DNA of 64,000 nucleotides from Escherichia phage vB_EcoM_PHB05: the sequence record NC_052652.1. One strand, 5' to 3'. A program made the position numbers and the translations under genes. Each line of letters starts with the position of its first letter. Positions within the stretch are counted from its first letter, which is position 1. A model generated the notes under the pieces. It did no database searches and was not told the DNA's origin. It saw only the letters and a list, made by a program, of their open reading frames with translations. Of this stretch, positions 1-10,643 are shown piece after piece.

Positions 1-816
1 ACACCAGTGAAATTTTATGCATCCATTGCAATTGGTACAAAATGGAGTGAAATTCCAGTTACGTGTTCAGACGTTGGTTATAATCCAGTAGGTACAGAAA
101 GTATTACAGGTATTTCTTCAACGTTTACAGGCTTTTTAGATACAGGTAACTTCTATCCGTTCTCTCCAGGTACAGATGTTGAAACAGATGCAGAATTCCG
201 TTCTCGTTTCAATGATAATATGGATGAAGCTAATGCTGCTACTCGTGCTGCTATTGTTAAAGCTCTATTACTGACAGATGGTGTGACAAAGGTTAAGATT
301 TATGATAACCCTACACTACACGATCAGGAACATGCTCCAGCTATGACATTCCAGACTATTGTGTATGGTGGTACAGCAGAAGAAGTTGCACAGGTTATTT
401 ATAATACTAAGCCTATTAACACATTAACTTATGGTACGACAGCAATTACTATCGTAACAGAAGATGGTGGTCAAGAAGTAATTCGTTTTTCTCCTGGTGA
501 TAATGCGGAATACTCACTTAAACTGGTATATCAAACTGGTAATGGTAGTGTGTTAAGTACAACAGAAAGAGAAAATATTGTTTCTGCTCTTGCAAACTTA
601 CAGGCTTATTTTGAATTAGGGTCAACAGTAACTAACGACCAGATAAAAGGTGTAATTTATTCTGCACTTGCGTTCGGACGCTTGACTTCTCTCCGTGTTT
701 ATGTTAAACTTAATACTGAGGATGACAGTAAATATAATGAGGGAGATATCACTCCAGCGTACAATGTTGTACCATCCTTTGACCTTGATAATATTTCCTA
801 CGAGTACGGAGTCTAA
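1..816 (+). CDS. Virion structural protein, probable baseplate component; reading frame is open to the window edge so the 5' end may lie outside
   Basis: Track ORF 7..816 (GTG at 7), same frame has no stop back to position 1; sits directly upstream of tail-fibre and fibre-chaperone genes in a P2-like J-I-H-G order. Confidence 0.4.
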   Translation, partial: TPVKFYASIAIGTKWSEIPVTCSDVGYNPVGTESITGISSTFTGFLDTGNFYPFSPGTDVETDAEFRSRFNDNMDEANAATRAAIVKALLLTDGVTKVKIYDNPTLHDQEHAPAMTFQTIVYGGTAEEVAQVIYNTKPINTLTYGTTAITIVTEDGGQEVIRFSPGDNAEYSLKLVYQTGNGSVLSTTERENIVSALANLQAYFELGSTVTNDQIKGVIYSALAFGRLTSLRVYVKLNTEDDSKYNEGDITPAYNVVPSFDLDNISYEYGV

Positions 817-818
817 AA

Positions 819-1448
819 ATGGCAGTGAGTGTTGACCATGTGACAACGTGGGATAGTATCAATGAAGATGTTAAAGACCTACTGATTGAAGATTTTAAAT
901 CTTCTCCGAACATTGTCAAACTACTCTATATCATTTCTAGCGAAAAACAAAAGATAGATCAGGCAATGATCTATCTTGCCAAACACCGCTTAATCTCTAC
1001 TGCAACTGGTAAGTATTTAGATCTTATTGGTGAAGAGATGGGGATGGAGAGAAATGGTGCTACGGATGAAGAGTATCGTACAATATTAAAAATCAGGGCT
1101 TATCGTGTTGCGTCTTCTGGTACGCGAGATGATATCATTGATATGTTCGCTCGTTTTACAGGAACAGAAAAAGAAACGATCAATACATACGTTGGATTAA
1201 ATAAAACATTCGACGTATTCTTTTATAATTTGTGTCTACAATCCGATCAGGCAGTAGCACAGTTACTTAACGTTTTCCCGATCCTAAGTAGTTATCGCTT
1301 AGGTGCGAAAGCGGGTGCAGCCTTTGGTTTCACTTCCTATTATGCCACAAAGCCACCTCATGGTATAGGTGGTTTAGGTTCTCTTTACACAGAGGCTGAA
1401 GGAGATGATACAGGGCGAATGACTATGCTGATAGCTCAAATAGAATAA
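819..1448 (+). CDS. Virion structural protein (baseplate or fibre-proximal), 209 aa
   Basis: Tightly packed between the putative baseplate gene and the tail fibre gene; no catalytic motif recognised. Confidence 0.35.
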   Translation: MAVSVDHVTTWDSINEDVKDLLIEDFKSSPNIVKLLYIISSEKQKIDQAMIYLAKHRLISTATGKYLDLIGEEMGMERNGATDEEYRTILKIRAYRVASSGTRDDIIDMFARFTGTEKETINTYVGLNKTFDVFFYNLCLQSDQAVAQLLNVFPILSSYRLGAKAGAAFGFTSYYATKPPHGIGGLGSLYTEAEGDDTGRMTMLIAQIE

Positions 1449-1461
1449 GGAGTTACTCTTA

Positions 1462-2442
1462 ATGGCAAAGCCACAATACTACCCTGACTGGGCGACACAA
1501 ACAGTAACCCTCCCAGGAACGGGAAACACAAACAAGATTAGACCAAAAGAAACCATCCGTAATGTCGGTATGGACTTTGGTCAGATTATGACTTGTGAAG
1601 AAATGAACTGGATCTTAAACAATATTGGGTCTTGGATTCGCTATATGCAAGATGAATTCTTCCCAACATTGCCTACTACATATCTTCCTATAGTCGGTAC
1701 TAAAATTACAATGGCAGGTGATGCTACAGGTGAAGTTACATGGAACGGTAATGCTGCTGTAACATTGTCTATTCAAGTCGTAGATAACAGCCATAATCAC
1801 TTATCAGCTAACATTACAGACGCAACATCAAACCAAGTTGTAGGGAATGTCCTTGTTAAGCGTGATAATGGTGGTGCTATCTATGCAGGTGATATTTACA
1901 CTTGTGGTACAGGTGCTACAGATCCTGCAACATTATTTTTTAGAAACTATAACGGACAAACAGTAGGCAATATGTCTTCTGAACCAGGTGCAGGTGGTCA
2001 ACTCTATATTTATAGAATAAATCCATCTACTGGAGGAACATCTTGTGGAGTTCGTTTGTATGATGCAGGTTATGTTTTAATAGACAATCCTCGTTCTAAT
2101 TCTGGTCAAGACACTGGCAATGGTAATGCTCTTGTAAGATTAGATTATCTTAACTCAAGACTAAACTCATTGCAAAGTACATTGCAAAATAATATTAACA
2201 ACGTTAATAGCAACTTGCAAGGCCAAATTAATAACATTAACAATAGAGTTTCTTCTGTTGTGTCTTCTATCCGTCTAGGTACACGTATTAAAGCTGGTGT
2301 ATCTGAATCTCCTTTCTATGCTGGTCACGTGATCACAGGCTGGGGTTTTGGTGATAAGAAAGAACTTCGTGGTGCTTGGTATTGGTCTGCTCCGCTACAA
2401 TATTACATTAATGGTAGGTGGATAACAGTAACCAACGTTTAG
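1462..2442 (+). CDS. Tail fibre protein, 326 aa
   Basis: Gly/Asn/Thr-rich, Asn/Gln-rich coiled segment (LNSRLNSLQSTLQNNINNVNSNLQGQINNINN); immediately followed by a tail-fibre assembly chaperone. Confidence 0.5.
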   Translation: MAKPQYYPDWATQTVTLPGTGNTNKIRPKETIRNVGMDFGQIMTCEEMNWILNNIGSWIRYMQDEFFPTLPTTYLPIVGTKITMAGDATGEVTWNGNAAVTLSIQVVDNSHNHLSANITDATSNQVVGNVLVKRDNGGAIYAGDIYTCGTGATDPATLFFRNYNGQTVGNMSSEPGAGGQLYIYRINPSTGGTSCGVRLYDAGYVLIDNPRSNSGQDTGNGNALVRLDYLNSRLNSLQSTLQNNINNVNSNLQGQINNINNRVSSVVSSIRLGTRIKAGVSESPFYAGHVITGWGFGDKKELRGAWYWSAPLQYYINGRWITVTNV

Positions 2443-2454
2443 TAAGGAGAACAC

Positions 2455-3006
2455 ATGAAAAAAGATGTTATTTACACTGGCTTTGAACTATATCAACCAG
2501 AATTGACAGAAGAAAATGTCATGTATCTTTCAATAGGTGCTGGTTTTCTTAAAGATAAAGATGGTAATGATTGGTACGAAATTCAGAAATATTTATCCAA
2601 AAATTACCCTGATGCCTATTTCTTAACTCTAGATCACAACAATGTAGTTGTTGCAGCTACGAAAGATGTTTCTACATATTTTCCCGCTGGTCTTACTGTT
2701 CTTGTAACATACAATGTTCCAGATAAGATAGAAGAAGAAAGCAACCTAGGATCGTGGAGATATGACAATGGTAAGTTTGTTTCTCATAATGGGTTTGCAA
2801 TAGAAGATGCCAACCTTAAAATGGAAAAAGAATTAACTTGGGCCACAAATCAAATATCTGCAATTCAAGATTTAGAGGAATTACAAGGTTTATCTGAAGA
2901 ACAAAAAGATTGGTTAGGAAAAGTTAAACTATATCGTGCAACACTGATTCAAATTAACGTTGAAGATGCACCTAATATAACTTGGCCTACAAGACCTAAG
3001 AAATAG
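2455..3006 (+). CDS. Tail fibre assembly chaperone (Tfa-like)
   Basis: C-terminal signature typical of the phage tail-fibre assembly family: ISAIQDLEELQGLSEEQKDWLGKVKLYRATLIQINVEDAPNITWPTRP; RBS AGGAG upstream. Confidence 0.65.
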   Translation: MKKDVIYTGFELYQPELTEENVMYLSIGAGFLKDKDGNDWYEIQKYLSKNYPDAYFLTLDHNNVVVAATKDVSTYFPAGLTVLVTYNVPDKIEEESNLGSWRYDNGKFVSHNGFAIEDANLKMEKELTWATNQISAIQDLEELQGLSEEQKDWLGKVKLYRATLIQINVEDAPNITWPTRPKK

Positions 3007-3015
3007 GGGTAATGT

Positions 3016-3357
3016 ATGGAGCTAACAGAAGTATGGGATATCGCTAAAGAGGCGATTATCCCTCTTATTGGTGTAATCTGGGTGGTCTTCAAACAGAAGA
3101 TAGATGATATAGCAAGTGATTTGGATAAAATGGAAGACAAATACCGTGAACTAGAAAAGAAGTTGGTGTTTGTTGAATCCACTTATGCTACCAAAGCAGA
3201 ACTTGCTCAAATGCTTAACCAGATCAACTCTACATTAATGGCAAATAATACTGCCTTAGAACAGAAAATTGAAAAAATAATGGATTTAAAAAATGCTCCT
3301 GTTCAATTAATGCTAGAGGAGATTACGAAGCGCACACAAAGTAAGGACAAAAATTAA
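3016..3357 (+). CDS. Hypothetical small protein with N-terminal hydrophobic helix and coiled coil, 113 aa
   Basis: IIPLIGVIWVVF hydrophobic segment then charged helical region; ATG overlaps next gene start (TAATG at 3357). Confidence 0.35.
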   Translation: MELTEVWDIAKEAIIPLIGVIWVVFKQKIDDIASDLDKMEDKYRELEKKLVFVESTYATKAELAQMLNQINSTLMANNTALEQKIEKIMDLKNAPVQLMLEEITKRTQSKDKN

Positions 3358-5771
3358 TGGCGAATTTTCCAACATATCCTGCTACGACACTAGAACAAGG
3401 TGTTGATCTGGTTATATTCTCGTCTAACCAGATGCATGATGTTATTAACGGGGATGCTACAGCAACTGTAGAAACCGAAACAGGTTTAATACCTACACTG
3501 CGTAAAGCACTTGTTGATAACTTCTTCTTTAAGAGTCCTGTTGCTTGGTCAGCAGGATCAACTGAAACTGTATTTAACCAGTTACGTTATTTTGAAAACG
3601 GCATCTTGAGTGGGTACTACTATGCCCCATCTGCCACTACTGCGAACCCTGTACCTATGCAGGGTACACCTGTAGGAGACAGTAACTGGACTCTGTATGC
3701 TCTTAAAACTGAACAGTTAGCTTCAGATGTGTATCCTTGGTATTTTAAAGGTGCTACAGGGTATGAGACAGAAATCAGTCCTCCTTATATCTTTGATAAT
3801 GCTATTGTCACCATTAACGGTGTAATTCAGATTCAGGGTGAAGCATTTACTATCAAAGATAGTAAAATTATTCTGGCAGAACCATTAGGTTTAGATCCGT
3901 CTACTGGTCTACCTAACAAATTGTTTGCTTTTATTGGTAAAACAACAGCCTCTACTTCTTACGTAGAGAAAAACCTTTTGTCATCTACCACTGGTGCAGC
4001 AATGGTTGGTCTTCCATCTGGAGGCAATCTGTTACAAGCTCAATACTTTGTAACGCCTGAGCAGTTTGGTGCAATTGGTGATGGAGTTACCGATGATACT
4101 CAAGCAATTCTAAAAACCATTACTTTCGCTAACACGAATAACATTCAAGTACGTGCAGATAAGAATTATAGATTCACAAGCTCAATTGCTATGTCTGGTA
4201 TTCGTTGGTATGGTGGTACATTCACTGGTAACGGTGGAACAATGATTTCTACTGTGTCCTGTTGGATTGAAAACGTTCGCTTTGAAAAATGTTATGTTAA
4301 GATGTTAGGTGGTGATTGCCGATTCTATCGTAATATCTTCTCCAACGCAACATCTACAGCAGCATTCTTAATGCAAGCAATGACAAGTGAAGGTACGTTG
4401 GACTTCAGTTACAACGAGATGTATGGTTGTAAATATGCGATCCTGCAACAAGGTACTGGAGAAGTAATGACCTATGGGCGTTACTCTAACAACTACATTC
4501 ACGATATCAAAGGTGATGCTATTGAACTTAACGTAGTTCAAAGACACTACACTGAAGGTTTGATCATCGAGAATAACCACATTGCTAACGTAGATGCTTC
4601 TGGACAAGGTGCAAACTGGGGTATTGGTATTGGTGTAGCAGGTAGTGGCCCATATGGTGTTGATGCTCCTGATTCACAATATGTACGTAACTTCAGTATC
4701 GTTGGAAATAGAGTTTACAATTGCCGTCAATGTCTACACGTTGAAATGGGTAAAAACTTCACAATACGTGATAACGAAGTTTATCCTAACACAGCAGTTT
4801 CAACAGGTACAGGTTTAACTACTTGTGGTGTTGCATTATACGGATGCCAAGACTTTGAAGTTGATGGTTTAACTGGTTATCTGCTTAATGATCCGTCTGT
4901 TTCAACACGCATGGTCTTTATTGACTGGGGTGTTAACGGTGGAAGATATGCGGGGCCACCAATTAACTTTACAATTAAGAATTTGGATATTCCAGAATCT
5001 TCGATTGAGATTGCAACGGCTGGATCAGACGCCTGGGAAAACTCTACAATTGTTAGTAACATCAATTGTAATGATTTTAAATGGCGTGGGCTACCATCTA
5101 GCTCTACTTTTAATAATATTCGTTGCCGTAGTATTGACTTTATTGGTCAACACGGAAGCGGAGAAGGAAGTGGTGGCGGTTTCTATGCTCGCAGCCAATT
5201 CACTTATATGAAGTGGGTAGGATGTACAGCACTTAGCGGAGATGAAACAACAGTTTCTTTTGCTAAAATCTACACGGATCGTTGCGATCAGGTTGGAAAT
5301 AACTTTGGTGTTCCAACTGCTGTTGATGGTACAGGTCATCGTGGGCCAGTCTTAACCACTATTTCTGAACAATATTTTACAGATTATGATGAATTCCCAG
5401 GTGGGCGTGACTTCCCTACTGGAACAGTTATTCATTGTGCAAGCGGTAAAAAACACGTTGTTACAGTAGGTGGTGCTTTCTTTAGTAATAAAGAGAAAAT
5501 AAAAGCAACTGTTACAGGTCAAACCTATCTACAGTCTAATGCTTTAAACTGGGCTAGTAATGGCTACGCTAAAGCGGCAGGTACTAAGATTGTTATTCCA
5601 GGTGCAGGAGCAAATGGTGGCGATCTTGTGACAACTATAGCACGTGCTACATATGTGACAAATAGTTTGTACACAATAGATATTGCAGATCCAATTGTAA
5701 CACCTACAGCAGAGAATACACAAATTAAAGCTCTGAACCCTGTTACTTTTGTTACTGTCAATAATGCTTAA
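3357..5771 (+). CDS. Tailspike / receptor-binding protein with pectate-lyase-like right-handed beta-helix (putative polysaccharide depolymerase), 804 aa
   Basis: Motif QFGAIGDGVTDDTQAI characteristic of the pectate-lyase superfamily N-cap; repeated N/G/T-rich strands typical of a beta-helix. Confidence 0.6.
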   Translation: MANFPTYPATTLEQGVDLVIFSSNQMHDVINGDATATVETETGLIPTLRKALVDNFFFKSPVAWSAGSTETVFNQLRYFENGILSGYYYAPSATTANPVPMQGTPVGDSNWTLYALKTEQLASDVYPWYFKGATGYETEISPPYIFDNAIVTINGVIQIQGEAFTIKDSKIILAEPLGLDPSTGLPNKLFAFIGKTTASTSYVEKNLLSSTTGAAMVGLPSGGNLLQAQYFVTPEQFGAIGDGVTDDTQAILKTITFANTNNIQVRADKNYRFTSSIAMSGIRWYGGTFTGNGGTMISTVSCWIENVRFEKCYVKMLGGDCRFYRNIFSNATSTAAFLMQAMTSEGTLDFSYNEMYGCKYAILQQGTGEVMTYGRYSNNYIHDIKGDAIELNVVQRHYTEGLIIENNHIANVDASGQGANWGIGIGVAGSGPYGVDAPDSQYVRNFSIVGNRVYNCRQCLHVEMGKNFTIRDNEVYPNTAVSTGTGLTTCGVALYGCQDFEVDGLTGYLLNDPSVSTRMVFIDWGVNGGRYAGPPINFTIKNLDIPESSIEIATAGSDAWENSTIVSNINCNDFKWRGLPSSSTFNNIRCRSIDFIGQHGSGEGSGGGFYARSQFTYMKWVGCTALSGDETTVSFAKIYTDRCDQVGNNFGVPTAVDGTGHRGPVLTTISEQYFTDYDEFPGGRDFPTGTVIHCASGKKHVVTVGGAFFSNKEKIKATVTGQTYLQSNALNWASNGYAKAAGTKIVIPGAGANGGDLVTTIARATYVTNSLYTIDIADPIVTPTAENTQIKALNPVTFVTVNNA

Positions 5772-5774
5772 TTA

Positions 5775-5796
5775 AAAGGGGCGAAAGCCCCTTTAT
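5775..5796 (+). terminator. Rho-independent terminator hairpin (GGGGCGAAAGCCCC, T-run)
   Basis: GC stem with GAAA-type loop followed by TTTAT directly after the stop of the 804-aa gene. Confidence 0.6.
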
Positions 5797-5811
5797 AAAA
5801 GGAGTAGTAAA

Positions 5812-7782
5812 GTGATTTTAACACGTCCAAATAGTGCCATTGCAGACATGGTAGAGTCTCGCTATAGAAAGCGTAGAAGTTTTGCAAGTGGTTTTACCTT
5901 AAGAGATGCTCGTGAAGCATTGCTCTTTGAAGCTGACGGTAACTACTATCAGTGGAAAGGTTCTCTACCTAAAGTTGTACCTGCTAACTCTACTCCTACA
6001 TCCACTGGAGGGATTTCAGATACAGCTTGGAAAAATGTGGGTAATGCAGATGACATTGCTCAAATAGAATCAGAATTAGATGCTATTGAAGCTGAAATTG
6101 AAGATCTTAGAGAATCCATCCCAGAAGCTGGTAAATCAGCTTACCAGATTGCCGTAGACAATGGTTTCCAAGGTACTGAGACACAGTGGTTGGCTTCTTT
6201 AAAAGGTGATCCAGGTGCTCCATTAAAGCTATTAGGGACACTATCTAATACCAACCAATTACCTACAAGTGGAAACAATGCAGGGGATGCATGGATTGTA
6301 GGCGAGGATATGTATGCTTGGGATGGTACTGCTTGGAGAAAAGTAAACTCACAGGGGCCAGAAGGTAAATCTGCTTATGAAGTATGGCTTGCAGCAGGAA
6401 ATGAAGGTACAGAACTAGATTATCTTGCTTCAATTAAAGGTGATAAAGGGGAGCCTGGCCCAGAGGGGCCACAAGGTGTGCCAGGTAACAATGCTAATGG
6501 TTTTGATTACCAAGGCGCAGCTAATTCCGTTTCAGATCTTCCTTCTGCATCTCATGGAAACACATCTCAAGCATGGAGTGTTGGTACATATCTATACGTG
6601 TCAAACGGTGTAGAATGGATCAATATGGGCGCTATAGTGGGGCCAAAAGGAGATAAAGGCGACAAAGGAGATAAGGGTAACACTGGTGATTCAGCTTATC
6701 AAGTCTGGTTAAATGCTGGTAACGTTGGTACTATTGACGAATATATTGCCTCTCTGAAAGGAGAAAAAGGTGATAAGGGAGACAAGGGTGATCAAGGTGC
6801 ACAGGGTATACAAGGCTTGACGGGGCCAACTGGTGCAGGGTTGACCATTATTGACATTCTGACTAGCACTTCTGAACTGCCACAAACTGGGGAAGATGGT
6901 GATGGTTATCTGATCAATAATGAACTTTGGGTCTGGTTGCAAGGAGCCACAGAGTGGACAAATGTTGGTCGTTTAGCTGGTACTCCAATCACTGCAAAAG
7001 GACACGTTGCGTTTGCAAGTGCGCTTCCTCCTACAGCCAATTACGGTGATGCTTATCTGACGGAAGATACAGGTCATCTTTACATTTACACCTATAATGA
7101 ACAAACTCAAACTGCTGAATATGTAGATATGGGTAGTTTGAAAGGTGATAAGGGTGAAAAAGGTGAGAAAGGTGACGCTGGTACTAACGGTACAGACGGT
7201 GCAACTTGGATTGTTAAAACAACAGATCCAATCTCTAGTGATGGTAAACAAGGTGATTATGCCTTTAATATCTCCACTGGCGAAGTGTTCTTAAAAACAT
7301 CTGCAACTGTCTGGACTTCTCAAGGTACACTACCTAGTATCACAGATGCACCTAGTGATGGTAAGACTTATGCTCGTAAAGATGGGGCATGGGAAGAACT
7401 CACTAATTCTGTAGATGGTCAAGATATAGTTCCAACAAAAGTAACAACTAATTTTATAGAGGTTACAGCATATACCAATAATTCTGTTACAGGGGACTGG
7501 ACACCTCCAGGAACACATAACATGAATGTGTTGAATCTTACTGGTAACGCTACTATAAAAGCATGGCCTGGTGTCGAAGATAGTACAAAACCTAAACCAT
7601 TCTCTGCAATAGTTTATCTTATCCAAGATGCCACTGGAGGTCGTACTGTTACTTTAGATCCATCTTACAAAGTAATTGGTTCCAGTGATATTAATACAGA
7701 TCCTAACGGAGTAACAATACTACAACTAACATATTGTGGTGTTGGCGATTACGTGGATGCTATTGTTGCTAAACGCACATAA
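5812..7782 (+). CDS. Tail fibre protein with collagen-like Gly-X-Y repeats, 656 aa (GTG start)
   Basis: Four collagen-like runs, e.g. GDKGEPGPEGPQGVPG, GPKGDKGDKGDKGNTGD, GEKGDKGDKGDQGAQGIQGLTGPTGAG, GDKGEKGEKGDAGTNGTDG; RBS AAAGGAG 8 nt upstream. Confidence 0.6.
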   Translation: MILTRPNSAIADMVESRYRKRRSFASGFTLRDAREALLFEADGNYYQWKGSLPKVVPANSTPTSTGGISDTAWKNVGNADDIAQIESELDAIEAEIEDLRESIPEAGKSAYQIAVDNGFQGTETQWLASLKGDPGAPLKLLGTLSNTNQLPTSGNNAGDAWIVGEDMYAWDGTAWRKVNSQGPEGKSAYEVWLAAGNEGTELDYLASIKGDKGEPGPEGPQGVPGNNANGFDYQGAANSVSDLPSASHGNTSQAWSVGTYLYVSNGVEWINMGAIVGPKGDKGDKGDKGNTGDSAYQVWLNAGNVGTIDEYIASLKGEKGDKGDKGDQGAQGIQGLTGPTGAGLTIIDILTSTSELPQTGEDGDGYLINNELWVWLQGATEWTNVGRLAGTPITAKGHVAFASALPPTANYGDAYLTEDTGHLYIYTYNEQTQTAEYVDMGSLKGDKGEKGEKGDAGTNGTDGATWIVKTTDPISSDGKQGDYAFNISTGEVFLKTSATVWTSQGTLPSITDAPSDGKTYARKDGAWEELTNSVDGQDIVPTKVTTNFIEVTAYTNNSVTGDWTPPGTHNMNVLNLTGNATIKAWPGVEDSTKPKPFSAIVYLIQDATGGRTVTLDPSYKVIGSSDINTDPNGVTILQLTYCGVGDYVDAIVAKRT

Positions 7783-7785
7783 TCA

Positions 7786-7807
7786 AAGCCCCTTCGGGGG
7801 CTTATTA
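7786..7807 (+). terminator. Rho-independent terminator hairpin (AAAGCCCC TTCG GGGGCTT)
   Basis: UUCG-type tetraloop hairpin plus T-rich tail after the stop at 7782. Confidence 0.6.
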
Positions 7808-7821
7808 TTTAAGGAGATTAA

Positions 7822-10641
7822 ATGTATCCTATTCCTTTATTTATGTCAACAACATCAGCTTCAGTAGTAACAGCTACATCTATAACCACTTCCTCTATTG
7901 GTATTGCAATAGTTGGTAGTAAAAAGCAACTGACATACACAGTTTCACCAGAAGATGGTGCGTTATTTGATATAGCTTTTTCATCTTCAGATAATACCAA
8001 AATGGTTATAGATAATAATGGTATGATGGAGTTTGTTGCTGAAGGCGGTTTTGATGCAATAATGACAGCTAAAAATAATTTAGGTGCTGTCTTAACTGAT
8101 CAATCTGGTGGCTATGCTTCAGAATTAAGTGTGTACACTGAAAGTCTGTCTGCTATGGATGCAGGAACTACTCAACAATTGGTTGCTACAATCAGTCCAG
8201 AAGGTGCTAAAGACCTTCCAGACATGGTGATTACGTACACCACAACAGATCCAGAAGTAGCTACTGTAAGTCCTACAGGGTTAATAACTGCTCTTAAAGA
8301 TGGTAGTTGCCGTATAGGTTGTACTGCAACTTATCAAGGAACAGTGGTGGCCTCTGATAGTTCTTATTTAGGTGTTAATGCTGTTCCTGTTATTTCTAAT
8401 GTAACAGCCGTGGCAAACAGCTATGGAGACATTCGTGTTGCTTGGGATGTAGCTGATCCGCTAGATGGTGATACTTATACTGTAGAAGTATTAGATTTAA
8501 GTAATAACAGTGTCCAGTGGACTACAACAACCACGAATACTCATGCTTACTTTGATATCTCTGACTCTATTCCTCTTTATGGGTTTGCTCCAACATACCT
8601 TAAAATTAGCGTTAAGAGCACCAAAGCAGCACCCGTTATCTTTAATAACTCAATAGCTACAGATGATTCGTTCATTAAAGAAGTTATTGTCTTTGCTGGA
8701 CAAGATAACGTAAATGCACACTTTACAGAACTATCTGGTGCAAATAAAGCAGTAATGAGTAGCACAACAACCCGTAATGCATATGCTACGCAACGTGGTT
8801 TAGCAAATGCTGAAGTTCTTCCGTTAAATGCAGCTTCTGGATCATCAGCAGCAGATAAATATGCAGATGATAAAGCCGGAACAGGTACACCAGACAACTA
8901 CTGGTATGATCTGGATAACGCAGCAGATGGGCCATGCTTAACTAATTTTATCACTAAAGTCACACCTTATGCAAGTAAGGTTAAAGCAATTATTTGGGGA
9001 CAAGGTGAAAATGATGCTGTATCAGCATCTTCGACTGTTGCAGGTAGATACAGTAACACTACACGTTACCATGATGCTACGATAGCTATCTTTGATAAGA
9101 TGCGTACAATAGTTCCTGCTTCTCAAGCAAAAATTGTTTGGCAGATCCTAGGACGTTCTTATCTATATGGTGTAGAAGTTAATGGTGTGGATTGGCAGAA
9201 ATACAGAAATGTACAAAGAACCATCTCTACAGCACGTGACGATGTTATCATTGGTTCTTGGGTGGATGGTGCTGAACGCTACAGTGGTTATGTTTATGAA
9301 GAAGGTATTGATGGTCGTATCCATTATATTTCTTCTGTATACCAAACAGCAGCTACAAAACTTGCTAAATCAGCAGCAGACGGTACAGACTTAACATCAA
9401 CATCACCTGTTTGGGTTGATATGGCTGTTCCAACTGGAGCAACAGCTATTTCCCAAGCTAATCAAGATACAATTTTAGCATGGGATGCTCAAGGTTATAG
9501 TAAACACTACTTCCGTAATATTAACGTCTTAACAGCATCTGTATTAACTGAACAAACGCTTAATACGAACAGTTATACGTTTACCTATGCAGATCAAGTA
9601 GAACAATATGGTTTTGCAGCAGGTACTACGATATTTGATGTTGCATATTATGACGAAGCAAATGATGTGTTATCTCCTTTAGTACGTTTTAATGTTAGCG
9701 TTACAGCAGGAAAAGTAGAAGATAAACCTGTCGTGATGGACTATGATTTGACGCAAGAAACTCTTCCATCAGATGTTAAGGTTAATGGTGGGAACTCTTT
9801 TGCTCGTGCCTCTGGAGATATACTTGTAGCCACTAACACCTTGGTTGCTCCGTTGGAGTATGTTGGTACTACCCCTGTAGGTAGACGTGTAACAGCTAAC
9901 ACAGCTACACAAATTTTTGTCAACAACGCCTTAACAAGTGCAAGCCCGTGGGTAAAGACCAACTTAACTGTTGCAGCTTCATCTGATAAATCTCCGGCTG
10001 GAACTACTGCTAATGTATTCAAATTAACTCCGACTACAACCTCTGGTAGTCATATCTTAACTGCAACATATACTAACGCGTACAACATATCTGCCGGACG
10101 TAACTGGTCTGCCTCTGTTTTCTTGAAAGCGAACGGGATTACTAAGGCCAAACTAAGATTAAAAGCAGGAACTGAAGTTAATGAGGGTACTTTTGATTTA
10201 GCAGCAGGTACATTCACAGGAAGTGAAGCTAATATTATATCTATGGGCAACGGTTGGTATCGTGCTATTCTGCATAAAACAGGGATAGCCAAACAGTCCT
10301 CCATAAGTTTTGAAATAATTGCCTTGGATGCAACTGGTGCGGAGATTTTCGCTGGAGATGGTACTAGTAACCTTGCAGTTTGGTTGCCACAGCTTGAAGG
10401 TGCTTCTACAGGAGAAACATCAAAAGCTGGATCGCCTTATGTCTGCACATATCCTGGAAATTTAGGAGGAGTATCCTTCACTATACCAAGGAACGGACAT
10501 ACTGGTGTGGATGTTTACTATTCCAACGGAGACGTTGTTCGTGATGTATTCTCTGGCACAGCATCTACTTGGACAATAAACTACTCCAGCTTGTACGATT
10601 GGGGATCAGTCTTTATTACAGGTTTGAAATATTACGACTAA
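7822..10641 (+). CDS. Large tail fibre / receptor-binding protein with Ig-like (BIG2-type) segment and SGNH/sialate-O-acetylesterase-like carbohydrate esterase region, 939 aa
   Basis: BIG2-like stretch (ATVSPTGLITALKDGSCRIGCTATYQG); esterase-like blocks VFAGQDNVNAHF and AIIWGQGENDA resembling GQSN and W-QGE blocks of O-acetylesterases. Confidence 0.5.
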   Translation: MYPIPLFMSTTSASVVTATSITTSSIGIAIVGSKKQLTYTVSPEDGALFDIAFSSSDNTKMVIDNNGMMEFVAEGGFDAIMTAKNNLGAVLTDQSGGYASELSVYTESLSAMDAGTTQQLVATISPEGAKDLPDMVITYTTTDPEVATVSPTGLITALKDGSCRIGCTATYQGTVVASDSSYLGVNAVPVISNVTAVANSYGDIRVAWDVADPLDGDTYTVEVLDLSNNSVQWTTTTTNTHAYFDISDSIPLYGFAPTYLKISVKSTKAAPVIFNNSIATDDSFIKEVIVFAGQDNVNAHFTELSGANKAVMSSTTTRNAYATQRGLANAEVLPLNAASGSSAADKYADDKAGTGTPDNYWYDLDNAADGPCLTNFITKVTPYASKVKAIIWGQGENDAVSASSTVAGRYSNTTRYHDATIAIFDKMRTIVPASQAKIVWQILGRSYLYGVEVNGVDWQKYRNVQRTISTARDDVIIGSWVDGAERYSGYVYEEGIDGRIHYISSVYQTAATKLAKSAADGTDLTSTSPVWVDMAVPTGATAISQANQDTILAWDAQGYSKHYFRNINVLTASVLTEQTLNTNSYTFTYADQVEQYGFAAGTTIFDVAYYDEANDVLSPLVRFNVSVTAGKVEDKPVVMDYDLTQETLPSDVKVNGGNSFARASGDILVATNTLVAPLEYVGTTPVGRRVTANTATQIFVNNALTSASPWVKTNLTVAASSDKSPAGTTANVFKLTPTTTSGSHILTATYTNAYNISAGRNWSASVFLKANGITKAKLRLKAGTEVNEGTFDLAAGTFTGSEANIISMGNGWYRAILHKTGIAKQSSISFEIIALDATGAEIFAGDGTSNLAVWLPQLEGASTGETSKAGSPYVCTYPGNLGGVSFTIPRNGHTGVDVYYSNGDVVRDVFSGTASTWTINYSSLYDWGSVFITGLKYYD

Positions 10642-10643
10642 TA

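Noticed and set aside
4368-5339. Antisense ORFs inside the tailspike gene (4368..4607, 4877..5065, 4888..5211, 5091..5339) and similar internal ORFs elsewhere (for example 6709..7626, 8577..10304, 14893..16214)
   Set aside because: Fully embedded in longer, motif-supported genes on the other strand or frame, with no RBS and atypical composition; treated as shadow ORFs
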